NCBI GenBank assembly: GCA_051294375.1
Contig: CM119270.1
Coordinates: 10,805,790-10,869,789 of the forward strand
Direction of reading: 5' to 3'
DNA length: 64,000 bases
Origin: Paraspadella gotoi
Lineage: Eukaryota; Animalia; Chaetognatha
Shown here: one piece after another, positions 25,231 to 38,124 of the stretch
Layout: every line of letters starts with the position of its first letter
Position numbering within the stretch: the stretch's first letter is position 1
The notes under the pieces: generated by a model
Seen by the model: the letters and a program-made list of their open reading frames with translations, nothing else
What the model was told of the DNA's origin: nothing
The model's database searches: none
Made by a program: the position numbers and the translations under genes

Positions 25231-26494
25231 AAAGGAGGAAAAAGAATAGAGAAGAGAGCAAAGACGAAAAAAAAAGAGGTATAACGTAGTAAGGAAAACC
25301 AAGGACTAAAAAATGACAGTCTCTTCTCGCTACTTAGGATTTACTCTAAACTCTTATCTTTTCGTCTTTTCCTTTCTTTCATTCCCAAACTCTCTTCCTT
25401 ACATCCTCCTAAACCTATCTATTCCCTTCACTTTTCTCCTCTCTTCTCCCGTAAGCGATGAAGAAAGGTGAGGTTTTGGCGGGTCACGGTCGAGGGAAGG
25501 AATACGTTCGATGGCGACGTCCTTATTGCCTACGGAAGAGGTTTAGGGACAGTTTGACGATGAGGAATTGGTAGAAGCGGAATTGGTGGAAGCGGGAGAA
25601 GCGGAAGCAGTATTGGTAGAAGCGGATTTCATGGAAGCGTGAGAAGCGGAAGCGGTGGATGTGAGATAAAAGGAAAGAGAATGAATGAGAGGAGCGGAAA
25701 GAAAATTAGGAAAACAAAGGTTAAACTAGAAATTTAAATGGAATCGGGAAATTTTAACGTAACGCAAGGAAAGATAAATTAATAGCCAGCGTCTCACAAA
25801 ATCAAATCAGAACCAACATCGAGGAACGTAATGTCAAATATAAAATTATAAAAAGTTAAATTTTAATTAAGAAACGAAAATAATTAATGGGAGGAAACAA
25901 AATTAAAAGATAACAGAATTAATAAGAAGATAAGGCGGAAGTAAGAGAGTGAATGAAGGGAATTCTGTCAGGGACCGAATCTCTCGCGCGCAACGGAAAC
26001 TCAAGGTTGTTTCTTCCGGCGCAGTTCCATTCACCGAGAGTTCGATTCACTTTCCATTCACCCATCGTGAGTATCTCGGTGTCGGTATAGAAAATATTCA
26101 AAACTAATACTTTTCATACAAAACATTTTTTACATATTTTACATTTTTTTTAAACATTTTTTACATTCTACAAGAACTGGCGTACACTCGCCATGTCCAT
26201 CGCGGTTCCCATTGTACGTGGAGGGCGTACTGTATGTATTTTCCAGGCTGGGGATCTTGTATTGTTTCAATCGCAGTCAGTGTCCCGGGCAAAATCTCCT
26301 GCGTGTAGGTGAAGGTCATAATCCGTGTACGCTCCAACGCCCTCGCCTTCGTACGGACAGACGGACGTCGTAACGCGTCGTACGTGGCGGCGATTTTTCG
26401 CGGGAAAAACCTCGGAACCTTTTAACCTTCCAAAATATTATGGTCCCTCGTAAAGAAGGGGGAATCTGAATTCGGCCCTACTATGGAGGGGAGA

Positions 26495-26556
<62 letters not shown>

Positions 26557-27294
26557 AGTGTGTGTGTGTGTATGGATGACAAGTAGAAGGGAAATAAAAT
26601 GAAGAGGATTGAGGAGAAAAGGGCTGGAGCAAAGTTACTTAGGGAAAAGAGTCAGAAGAAAACAGTGAGGGTTGGGAGGAAAGAAATAAAAAGAATATTT
26701 GAATAGCGGGAGGGAGATATATTTGATGGGAGGGAGGCAGAAAGAGAGCGAGATGACATTAAATGGGATAAAACTAAGATTAGTAATATGAAAAAGGAAT
26801 TTTAATTGGTATAGAGGATGAAGATAAGTAATTGCACAAAAAATGAGAGGCGATAAAGATATGGAAGGAGAAAGAAGGGAAGAAAAATTGCGAGAAAGTA
26901 AAACCAAATAATAGAATGAATTGTTTTTGATTTTCTTTTTTTTTAGAGTGAGGTGGCGAATACCCATAGGAAAAACGACGGTTGCGGCGGCGGCTGCGTT
27001 GAACTCACCCTTTCCACTTCTGAGGGTGAGAAGTTTAAACGTTGGCCGTAACCCAAGGAGGAATTTCAGTCTAAAGTCGGTTCGATGTAATTTCTTACGA
27101 GAATGTTGTTAACATTTTTGTGAATAAGATGTAAAAATACGGAGTTCATACTCAATCGCTGTTTCCGTCAAATCACCCATCCTTCCAAAATCTTATATAT
27201 CCCGTTTGCCGTCATATTTCCAGTTTTATTTTATTCACGACGGTAAAGGTTTCATAATTATGGTCTTCGTCGTCGCAGTTATCGTCACCATTTT

Positions 27295-27339
<45 letters not shown>

Positions 27340-28526
27340 AGATTTTCAGTTCCTGACCCAGTTTCGATTCCGTCCCTTGGAGACGGTGAGAGTTTTCCGC
27401 CGTGAACGTGAAAGAAAACATCGCTGCGAAGATGAATGGATTTGAAGCGGTGAGAGCTGCTTCGAGCGAATCCCGCGAAAATGAATAGAGTCAGCGAGTT
27501 AAATATGAATAAAATGAATAAAAGATTTTAATAACCTAAAAATAAATGAAAATTCAATGAAAAATATGAATAAAATAAGTTTCTTGATTTTGTTCATGAT
27601 TTTGGCATTGAGTTTTTGGAGAAAAGGAATTACTGGCCATTTCAAAAGTACTATTATTAAAGTATTATTATTATCATCATCATCATAATCATCACCATCA
27701 CCATCTCCATTGACGTTTTCACCAGCATAATCCCCTCCTCTTAACTTCCTCCGTCCCCCGGTCAGTGTCTCAGTCACCATGGCAACGCAGAGAATCCATT
27801 GTTGTCGGATGATAGTTTCACCTAACGACACCCAAAGGGCTGAAAGGGAAAAAAATGGAAAAATAGAGGGGGAAAGGGCAGTGAAGAAAAAATGACACGA
27901 ACGGGAAATGGCAAAAATGGACGAAAAGGTCAAAAATCATATGAGAGTGACAAAACGACTAAAAAATTTTAGAAAAATTAGTAAAATACCATGATAAAAA
28001 TATAAACAAAAACGGAAAACGATTAAAAACAAGATTAACAGAATAAGGGGAAAAAAAATAAAAGAACAAAAAAAATATCAGATCATTTTTGACCAGTATT
28101 ACTAGACAAAGTAGAATAGTTTTTGTTTTCTTTTTACAACGTTTTATAAAGTAAAAAGAAAACAAAAACTCCTCAACTTTTTCTACTAATTTCGAAACAA
28201 CGAAATGAATGGAAATTATCCCACCAGTATTACTAAAATATAAACGTCACGGGAAAAATAAGAGATATAATTTTAAAAAAAAAATTTAATTAAGTAAAAC
28301 GTTTGAACTTAGTAAACGGTTTATATGAACTAATATGAAGACGTTCAAAGACAAAAAAACAAGAGAAGAAAAGAAGGAAAAAAATAAAATTATCAAGAAA
28401 AAGAGGAGGAAAGAGAAGAAAAGTGGGTCTCTGGGCGAGAAAAAATCTTTTTCCGTAATTCATTCCATCGGCAGTTATTCGCTGGCTTCTGTGATGGAGA
28501 ACGCCTCTCGGACAAAAACTATGGCT

Positions 28527-28584
<58 letters not shown>

Positions 28585-28851
28585 GAAGACAGAGAGAGTA
28601 AAAAGTCCATTTGGCTTCTCTGTCATGGACTGCCCCTTGCTTACAGTTACCAACTTATCAGTTCCCTTCATGTGGCTTTCTTCCAACAACAGACGACCAA
28701 TTAACAGGAAAACTTGCTTTGAGGTTTGAGCTCTTAAAGCCCTGAGCTCTTCTTCTGTGGGGAAAACTTGTTACCTCTTACCAATTCCAAATATATATAA
28801 ACTTCCATTCACCCATTCACGTCAGGAAACTTACCCCGATCCTTTCCGCAG

Positions 28852-29022
28852 AGACCTCCTCCGCCATCCCCTGTCCCTTCAAACCGCCTTACCAATTCAC
28901 CTACGACGACGGCTACCAAGTCTGCGACAACCGGGACTCCAGGATCGACTCTTGCGCAGACGACACCAAAGTCATCTTCAGGCAAAAGTCTTGTCCGGAT
29001 TGGAAGGAGCAGCCGCCGCACG
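28852..29022 (+). CDS. Internal exon C of the same gene
   Basis: CTTTCCGCAG acceptor and GTGAGT donor. Encodes (E)TSSAIPCPFKPPYQFTYDDGYQVCDNRDSRIDSCADDTKVIFRQKSCPDWKEQPPH, with a CPF..P..FTY..G...C....S.I.SC.D motif. Phase 1/1; strong C-ending codon bias. Confidence 0.9.
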
Positions 29023-29738
29023 GTGAGTGAGGAGGGAAGGGTGAAAGGGGCGGGAAAGGGGGGAGTTGGGGTTGGGGAGGTGTTGAGAAGGGTTTTTTGG
29101 TGGTTGATGTTGGACTGAGGCGAAGACAATGCTACTTAAACTGACAGTCGGACACAATGTCACATTTTCTTAAAAAAGCCGTGCGCCTCTATCTTCGATT
29201 AAAAAAAAAAATGTCGTGGAAAAGATAGGGAAAAAAAAACTTGGTTAAGCGAAGACCATTAAGGGCGGGTAATATCTCACCCAAGACTCGACCGTCGTTG
29301 GCGAGATGGACGGGAAAAAATGGCGGATTCTATGGTGGCTCATTATTAATTTTTTTTTTGTTTCTTTCGTTGTTTCTATTTAAATGATCTCGATTTCCCT
29401 CTCTGAGGTTTTTTTATTATTTTACCATAATATTTATTTTCAAAACTTTCATATATACTCGCTTTCTTGCATCTGAAACATAAAACAAGCAAAGTCGAAC
29501 GGATTTTAAGTGACACTTCAACATACAACCCTTTTAATTGGCAGCATTGGCGAAAATAATGAAGAAAAGGGGTATGAGGTATGAGGCAGCCATAAAATAA
29601 CGAATAAAAGGGGTATGAGGTATGAGGCATGAGGTATGAGCCATAAACGCCATCTCGTTTTTCACTCATAAAGTTGATCTCATTCTCTCTTTCCTATCGA
29701 ACTTTTTTCTTCTGAAAAAATTCATTTTCCTGAGTAGT

Positions 29739-30102
29739 TTTTCATCTCTAAAAGGCCATCCTGCCTTCTTTTCATCTCTAAAAGGCCATCCTGCCTTCTT
29801 TTCATCTCTAAAAGGCCATCCTGCCTTCTTTTCATCTCTAAAAGACCATCCTGCCTTGTTTTCATCTCTAAAAGGCCATCCTGCCTTTTTTTTTCATCTC
29901 TAAAAGGCCATCCTTCCCTCTTTTTCATCTCTAAAAGACCATCCTGCCTTCTTTGCATCTCTAAAAGCCATTCTGCCTTCTTTTCATCTCTAAAAGGCCA
30001 TCCTACCCTCTTTTCATCTCTAAAAGGCCATCCTACCCTCTTTTCATCTCTAAAAGGGCCATCCTGCCTTCTTTTCATCTCTAAAAGGCCATTCTGCCTT
30101 CT
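29739..30102. repeat. 30-bp minisatellite, 12 copies (TTCATCTCTAAAAGGCCATCCTGCCTTCTT)
   Basis: Near-identical tandem units counted directly. Confidence 0.95.
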
Positions 30103-30449
30103 ATTGAGAAACCTTTCTTAGGTTTATTAGTTTCTCATTTTTTCTCCTTTTTCACATTAGTTTTATAATCATCATCGTATGATTTGGTTTTCGTCGTCAT
30201 TACTCATGTAAGCATTTTTTTTTTTTTTTGGCCCACCCAACATATTTTATTTGTTTCCTCTCAAACCCATCCCCGTCCTACGTCCCGCCGAAAAAAAATA
30301 CCGCCATTTTTTTTATATCGTAGGAGTTTACTATACTAGTAGCACATTCTTTTCTGCCGATTTTGGTGCGTACATTTGCATTAGTTTAAACTTGAATGTC
30401 CTGTAGTAAGCATAACCCGTCTCGGTTCGGCTTTAACTGTCAGCTCATT

Positions 30450-30497
<48 letters not shown>

Positions 30498-31980
30498 CAT
30501 TTCCCCCCCCAACCTCTGCTTTCACTAACAACTAAAGCGGCTATAGAATTTGGCAGATTTGAAGCCCCACTTTCCGAGTCTCCCCCACCCCAGCCCTCCA
30601 CTTCATCCATCTTAGGATTGCTTTTCTCCCATTTTTCATCTTTATTCTCTTTTCGTTAAATTACATTAGTAGAATTCCATCTACTTCTCTCTATAAGTAA
30701 AAAAGATAACCGGAGACAGATAATATGTTCATGTGTCGAGTTGTCATTTATGCATAATAGTTTGGTTGTAAAATATGAATAGCGTAAATCTATTTAAATA
30801 TTCGTGTGAAGAATAATAGTTTCATACATTAACTTTCTCTACTTAATCCGTTGGTTTCATATTTCCAGTGGTGATGGATAAAAAAAGCGTTTTGCGTTCA
30901 GAGCCTGTTCTCGTGATAGCTTTTAACCATGGTGATCGCGCTATATTTTTTTCAGCTCGTCTTCTTACAAAACAAATATCATTTATTCTCCTGTCAATTG
31001 TATGAACGAACATTGACATTTTTTAGTTTGATTCATTATTTCTTTCTCATAAAAAACGTAAAATATTAAACGTAAAACCGAAAGAAGGAAGAGGAGGGAA
31101 ATATAGAAGAGGAAGAGGAGTCATAAAAGGAGCAGGAGGAGCTTTTTCATTTCCCGTCTCTTTTCTTGGATAAAAGAACAAAAGAACAAAAGAAAGAAAA
31201 AAAAAGAACGAAAAATAGAAGGAAAAAAGAAGAGAAAGAAAAAAACGAATTAAAAAGAAAAAAAAATTAAACAAAAGGGAAACGAAGTTGCAAACTATTA
31301 ATAAACGAGACGGTATTGCTGTTGCAAAAGAGAACGACCGTTATAACGACGACGAAAACGACGGCATTGATGATGACGAAGACGACAACGCTCTAACGAC
31401 TATGACAACGACCGAACGACCTCTTCGTCAATAAAAAGACGACGACGAAAACGACAACGACAACGACGATGTCGTCTCACGCGCTATAGTCTTTCATTTC
31501 GGAGCGAGGCTTAACAATTTTTCGAACTGATTCTCTTTGACGTCAATTGCGCCTCGTTTGACGTTATTCATCCGCCCCGTTCGACGTCCGAAAGCGTCAC
31601 CGATGACGTTCATCCGGCCGTTTTGTCGTCGTTGTTTTCCACGCGTGGCGTGGCTTCGTTCAAGCGTCATTGTCGTCGGCGTCACCAGCGTCGACGGGTG
31701 AACAAAAGAACAAAGCTACGCGCGAAAATCATTCGAACGACGAAACTTTTGAAAGGACTTGGAAGTGCGCCCCTTGTGGCTGTACTTAATTCGCTGCTCT
31801 ATGGCAGACGACTCCTGTATGGAGCTGCCCACGCGACTTGTCCACGAGTCAAAAAAACTTTGTTTACTCTCCTTATCTTTTAACTTTCGATGGCTCAATC
31901 TGGCGCCGACAGTTTACCACCTCCTTACCTACCAGCTCCAACACTAACGCAAGTCTCTCTCTCATCTCTCTCTCTCTCTT

Positions 31981-32039
<59 letters not shown>

Positions 32040-33524
32040 TCTCCTCTCTCTTCTCTCTTCTCTCTCCTTTCTCGTCGTTATTTCCTTCTTTTCTCTCTCC
32101 TTCTTTCTTCACTCCTCTCCTTCTCGCCTCCCGTCGACGGCGAAAGAGGGATTAATTGAAAGAGCGAAGAGTTTCATTCAAAATTCAGCGACGACTCGGG
32201 GAGGAAAGGGGGGGGCGGTGGCGAAGCAAATGGTGGGTTAATTCCCAGGTCGGGGGCAGAAGCAAACTATGAGAGGCAGCTATAGATTTTAAGCAAATAA
32301 GGAGTCTGGCAACATAATGGGACAGTGGTATAACGCGGGGAAGAAAATAACTAGAGGAGAAAAACTAAAGTAGTTTGGTGAGGAATTTAGGTTGGTTTCT
32401 TGGTGACAAGAAAGGTTGGTTATCTGTCGTCGATTCTATGCGGAAGGAATTGGAAGGAAAAGAAGGTAAACAAAAACGTTTTACTCTGACCTGGATGATG
32501 AGGAAATTAGAATTCGAGTTTGAATCAAAGCCCAAGTCTTTTTCTGTTAAGGCTCGAATTGAGTTTCTCTATAAAGCAAATCCTCATTGATTCCATTGTC
32601 GACCTCAATCGGTGAACGTCAACGACGATCACGGATTTCACAAAAACAAATTTAAAAAAAGTTAAACAAAAGATCCTTTCTACGGCGTTGTAGTATAGAC
32701 AAACACTTTTTTCGAAAGGTAAGTTAAGTTTGTTAAGTTCTGTTGTGGAAGGTTGGTTTTGTGTTTCGTCTGTTTTTAATATTTAATATTAATATTAATA
32801 TATAATAAGCTATCTTGCCGCTGACTTTGGGCAGGCTTTGGTGCTTTAAGGCCTCCATCACTCTTACAAGATAATGACAGATATTTTACTTTGCGTTGGT
32901 ATTAATCTTAAGCTACTGTTTCGTAGCTTTGAGTTGACTGGCTAAGTTTGGCAAGTTTGACTGTTGGTATCCAATTTAAAATTGGCAACGAGCGACCCAA
33001 AACTTTTTAGTCTGAACCCAGCTCCCCCCGGGCCCAAGCCCGTCCGTACCGAGCGCGAGCAGACAAAGCTTTTCGACTCTCAGACTCAGTTTCAGCAATT
33101 AGTATGTCGATCGCATTCTCCCAGTCGAAAATGAGAGAGAATGAGAGCTCTAAAACCGGTTTCAAGTAAAATTAAAAATATTCCTCCTAGTCCTATCAGT
33201 CTCTCGCACTAGCTCCTCACTCCGCGCTACTGAATAATATTATTCCTAGGTAATCTAACTACAACTGCTCTTAAGAATAAAAGCTTCCTAATACGATTGT
33301 AAAAGTGAGACTAAGCTAGTATACATCTGACGGCATTACTGCATTACTATGTCTCTGCGCCTAACTTATTTAAAACCACCTCTTGTGAGTAAAAACCTAC
33401 ATAATCTTACACCATATAGAATAGTTGCATCTTGCTATGGATGATTTAATATATTTTCTGTTAAGATGCATGACAGCCAGATAAATTTAAATTACCAGAC
33501 ATAAATTAACACATCCTTTCAGCG

Positions 33525-34750
33525 ACTGCTACCCACTTGACACTATGAAGCACATAGTAAGATAGGGGTCTGTGACAGCAGATAAGAGAAATTTCATCAC
33601 AGACCCATCGCCTACCACCTGATATTCCACTAACACTATGAATCCATAGTTAATAATGTGTGGAACGAAAGCAAATGCATTAGTCCAATATTCATAATCT
33701 CAATATTCCAAAAGGCCTACGCCTACACACACTGTAACCCCCACACTAATAGAAATACATGCAAGCATTAAAACTGATAGCCCAATAAAGGCTAAGGCCC
33801 TGCGAGAAAACAGATTCCAGAAAGAATTAGATGTTTATACATCATCAAGGCCCATACGTCTACCCACTGTTAACACCACTACACTTTATCTCAAAGCATA
33901 CAAACAAGATAGCTCCAAGGATATAAGAGCTACGAGGTTTGCTAAATAGAAGTTGATGCAAGACAAACATGCCAAAAACAAAATTTCATTCATATTGGGC
34001 ACGTCCGTGGGGCGTAGCCCGACTGCTAACCACTACACACTATTGTAAGCCTTTAGGTAAGGGTGATGGACAGCAGGAACAATTTACAATTACGAGCCCA
34101 TCTCTTGAGCTACACCACCAGATAATTCCAGCTACGCGCGGGAACATTCTGTCCTATGATCGCCCATCACCGTAAGTGGACAAAGCCTCAGGAAATTGAA
34201 GATTTGCATTCATCAGCCTCTTGCTAACCCACCTGCTCAAATCCACAGGTGAGCACTATGATGAGCCTATAGTGTAAGTGCAGGTGGACAGCATGAAGAA
34301 AATTTGGATTACATACAGCCTCGCTACCCACCTGTAACCATCACCAGACTCATGAAAAAAAAGCCCCCATAGTAAGTGGCTGGACCAACGCAAGAAGTAG
34401 AATTTCTATACAGCACTCGTCTACGCCACCGAGCTGGGGTAGAGCGTCCACTGCGTAGAGGCTGGCCTCATGGGCTTCAGCTTGATATGCAATCCTAAGC
34501 TTTAATGACCTTAGCCATGGCACTCTGCGACTCATGAACCAGTTAAGTTAGGTGGACAGCAAGACACCTAAATACATTTTCATACAAGTGCCTCGGCTTA
34601 ACCCACCTGTAAACCCGACTGACTTCCACTATTGAAGCCATTCATGCTGTGATAGTGAAGTACTTAAGTGACGCGTTGCGACAGTCCAGAATAATTCGAT
34701 ACCAGACACCTCGCTACCCACCTGTAAACCACTACACTCATGAAGCCATG
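33525..34750. repeat. Noisy tandem array, ~11 units, each with an internal hairpin
   Basis: The recurring unit is CCTCGCTACCCACCTGTAACCACTACACTATGAAGCCCATAGTAAGTGCAGGTGGACAGCAAGAAGAAATTT. Anchors fall near 33527, 33610, 33721, 33858, 34014, 34109, 34223, 34323, 34419, 34596 and 34713. Confidence 0.7.
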
Positions 34751-35743
34751 ATGAGAGTCAGTAGTGTTGGTATCAGAGAGAATCTCGTACACTCCGTCAC
34801 TACAATCGCAACGCATATCATAATTGGCAATTTAAGCCCACAACCCACCCACCTCCTCAATAATTTTTGTATTTGATTTTATCTAATTTAGCAAAAAGCG
34901 ATTTATCCTCTGGAACTATGTTATAGATTGAAAAGTAATTGCATATTATACCACTTACATTTTAGCTTTGAATGTACTTCACATTCATTATTATGCGTTT
35001 TAATGCTTAGAATGCACCCATATCTAATTAATATGCTCATCTCTATAAACATGTAAGTTTCCTAAGATTTTTTTTATTCTTCCATTTCTTAAAAATATAA
35101 TACTACAATATGCCAAATTAGAGTTATAAATACTCAAAGCCGTTTTTACAATTAATGCAAAATACAGTCCAGAGAACAATTTTTATTTAACAAACCCGTT
35201 AAGAAAAATTTATTAAGAAAGGATAATACTAAAAATATTAGACCATGAGAGACTGAGAAAAGGCAGGGATTTTTAATATTAACGGCTTTTTTAACTAAAA
35301 AATTATAATGTAATTTACTTCGATTCGTTGTTGTTGGCTAAGTTTTAGTTACAACGTTTTTTACTTATTAAAAACAAAACGCCGTTAAATTAAACAAAAA
35401 TAACGGGACATATTTTCGTCTCTGATGAGCAGCCTTCTTCAGCGCGAAAAATATTGATTTTGTAAAAAATAGTTTTTCACAAAATTTGAAGAAGAGCGAG
35501 CAGAGAAGAGCAGAAGGAGGCATGAGAACGAGGGAGGGACAGCAGATAAAGCTTTTTTTTCCAACAAAAAATTATAAAAGTGTCCAGTGCAGGGAGAGTT
35601 GGAAGAGAAATGCAAATTATCAAATTGTATGCAGGATACACTTAACTGTCCTCAAACCTATCAAACTGTCCTTTCTCAATTCTTTGTTGCGATACTTTTA
35701 TCTTTGTTCTTCTCCTTCTCTCGTTCTCTCTCTCTCTCTCTCT

Positions 35744-35832
35744 ATCGAGCCTACCGGCCGCGAAGCCGTGTTCAGGCTCGATTATTGAGCGCTTCTTTGT
35801 GGGACGTAGTCCGTCGTCGTCGTCGGCGTCAC
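35744..35832 (+). mobile_element. Probable 5' end of a Helentron-type HINE
   Basis: Hairpin ATCGAGCCT...CGGCCGCGAAGCCG...AGGCTCGAT followed by TATTG and GTCCGTCGTCGTCGTCGGCGTC. Confidence 0.35.
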
Positions 35833-35985
35833 GCCATTTTATATAAAAACTACCTACGGCTTTGTATATTTTAGGCTGGGACTTACCGATTTTTTTTTTT
35901 AAATAAAAAACTATTTATAAATTACAATGAAGTTTTATTTATCAAATTTGAAAAAATAATTTTCGCGGTCAACGATTATTATTAT

Positions 35986-36030
35986 ACGGACATGTTTTCG
36001 ACCTCTTCATCTTCGAGATGTCTTCATCAG
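35986..36030 (-). ncRNA. Minimal type-I hammerhead ribozyme motif (noisy copy)
   Basis: The minus strand reads CTGATGA A GAC ATCTCGAAGATGAAGAG GTC GAAAA CATG TC CGT. Confidence 0.6.
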
Positions 36031-36585
36031 CCAGCGGGTAATGATGCGATTAACAAATTTGTGTAAAAGAAGGTGAGAGAGAGAGAATGAGAGAGAAGCA
36101 GAGAGAGAGAGCAGAGAGCGGCTAAAAGTTTCCAACAACGAAGATAGTAGGTTAACATAGAATGAGTACCAGTTTGAGTTTGAGGACAGATCAGCTGCTG
36201 AAAAGAAGTGAAATGGTCAATTGGTGAAAGATGAGCGAGAGCACGAGACGACAGAAGGAGAGAGAAAGGCGTTAAAAGTAGTTAAACTCACCCATTAGTT
36301 TTAAACTTATTCCTTGTTGTACATTACATAATGTATTTATTTTGTCTCTCCCTGTTTCTCTCTCTCTCCCTTCTTCCTTCTGTCTCTCTCTCTTTCTCTT
36401 TTCACCAATTGACCATTTCACTTCTTTTCAACAACTGATCTGTTCTTCAACTCAAACTGTACTACATTCTTTAACCACTATTTCTCCAGACCATGTGTTG
36501 GAAACTTTTAGCCCTCTCTCTCTCTCTCCTCTTCTCTCTCTCTCTCTCTCTCCCTTCTTTACACAAATTTGTTAATGCATCATTT

Positions 36586-36632
36586 ACCGCTGATGAAGCA
36601 CTTCGGAAATGAAGCAGTCGAAACATGTCCGT
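36586..36632 (+). ncRNA. Minimal type-I hammerhead ribozyme motif
   Basis: ACCG CTGATGA A GCACTTC GGAAAT GAAGCAGTC GAAA CATG TC CGT. The two copies suggest stem II GACTTC/GAAGTC, a GUC cleavage triplet and a CG/CG stem I. Confidence 0.7.
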
Positions 36633-37614
36633 TTATAATAAATAAAATCTTTTGACGAAAAAATATTTTTCCCAAAACTTGTTAAATCTGCTATATCTCA
36701 ACGCAAAAGCCCGACAAGGCATTAATACAAGAAGTTTTATAAAAAACTGTGCTGTGCATTCATATTAAGTAAAAATTTAGAATGGCTTCTCATCTTGACA
36801 ATAGCCTCTAAAATTTTTCATATTGCATTTGGACTTCAAGTATTTTTTGCGTTTGAATTTCCCACTTCATAATATTTACATACAATATGCCAAATGAGAT
36901 TATAGTACTCTTTTATAATATCAAATTAGTATATAGAAATGCTTTAATCTAATTTACATTATTGCAGTATATAGTAATATTGAAGAGAAATTCAAAAAAA
37001 AATTTTAAATCTTATAATAAAAATGGGGGAAATCAAAGAGAGAAGCCTATATATAATTTTAATACAAAATAATAAAATAAACTTTTTTTTACAAGCTATG
37101 ATCTGGGCCGCAGAAAAAAATTGTAAAAATTTCAAATTTGTAAACAATTGTAACTTTTTTTTTTCTCTTCTTTTATTTCTCTTTTAAGATTATATATAAA
37201 TTTTTTCTTCTTATTTTGTCAGTTTGCTGGCCTTTTTTTTCTAAACCCTTTTAAAAAACAAGTTCAGGCTCTGCAGTGACTGTTTCAGTTGCCTTCCAGC
37301 GGCTTGTCCAGCCTATCTCTGTTTCTGTCTGTCTTTCTCTTTCTGTCTCTCTCTCTCGTAGATCTCTGCCGTGATCGTTTTTTAAAATAAAAATGTTGAA
37401 TATTTTTCCTTTTTTTAAAAATTTATTATCGCCATTATTTCGCGATTTTTCTTCAATGCAAATATCCAAATTCAACATCCGAGATTTTCGTGGATTTATT
37501 CACTTTCTTCTCTCTCTCTTTCCAATCTCTCCTCTCTTTCTCTCTATCTTTCACCAAACACGGCATTTGCTTGTTTTTATTTATGCATGATTGATTCATT
37601 GAGTCAATGATATG

Positions 37615-37865
37615 ACTACTCATCGCCAGTCAATGAATGACTATCATCTTTATCAAAATGAATGATTATCATCACATCAATGAATGGACTATCATTGCAT
37701 CAACCATTTGGTATAGTATCACATCAATACATGGTAATTCATAACAAATCGAAATCAGTTGGTTTATCATCGCAATCAATTATTGGTTATCATCGCATCA
37801 ATATTCGCGTTAATCATCGCAATCAATCTGGTTATCTTCATCGCACCAATATTTGGTCTATCATG
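37615..37865. repeat. Degenerate ~25-bp tandem repeat (GGTTATCATCGCAATCAAT-like)
   Basis: Recurring ATCATCGCA(A)TCAAT / TGGTTAT motifs. Confidence 0.6.
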
Positions 37866-38086
37866 AAGAAGGCTCGTCCTATTCTTTTAAGATTTTTTTG
37901 TCTCTCTTCTCTCTCTCTCTTCTCTCTTTTCTTCTCTTTTCTCTCTCTTTCTCTCTCTTTCTCTCTTTCTTTCTCTTAATGATTATTCCAAAAAGCCACG
38001 AGGCTTTAAAGTTTCGCAATCTGTCTCTCCTCTCTCTCTCTCTCTCTCCATCTCTTTTTTTTTCTCTCTCCTCTCTCTCTCTCTCT

Positions 38087-38124
<38 letters not shown>

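Larger units (their letters stand above)
35937..36720 (+). mobile_element. Penelope-like fold-back insertion with terminal hammerhead motifs
   Basis: ~340-bp inverted arms (35937-~36270 vs ~36345-36687) and a 33-nt tail (36688-36720). It is flanked by the direct repeat TACAA(T)GAAGTTTTAT (35923-35938 / 36726-36740). Confidence 0.75.

Noticed and set aside
28826-28851. Alternative acceptor (GTCAG at 28821-28825) for exon C
   Set aside because: It adds 26 nt and breaks frame with exon B; the CCGCAG acceptor at 28851 keeps phase and has a better pyrimidine tract.
29722-30078. 118-aa repetitive ORF (RRQDGLLEMK)n
   Set aside because: A by-product of a 30-bp minisatellite; the frame shifts between units and there are no splice signals.
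33525-34750. CRISPR-like repeat-spacer array
   Set aside because: Eukaryotic context with no cas genes; the inter-repeat sequences are homologous to each other and the length variation looks like read insertion noise.
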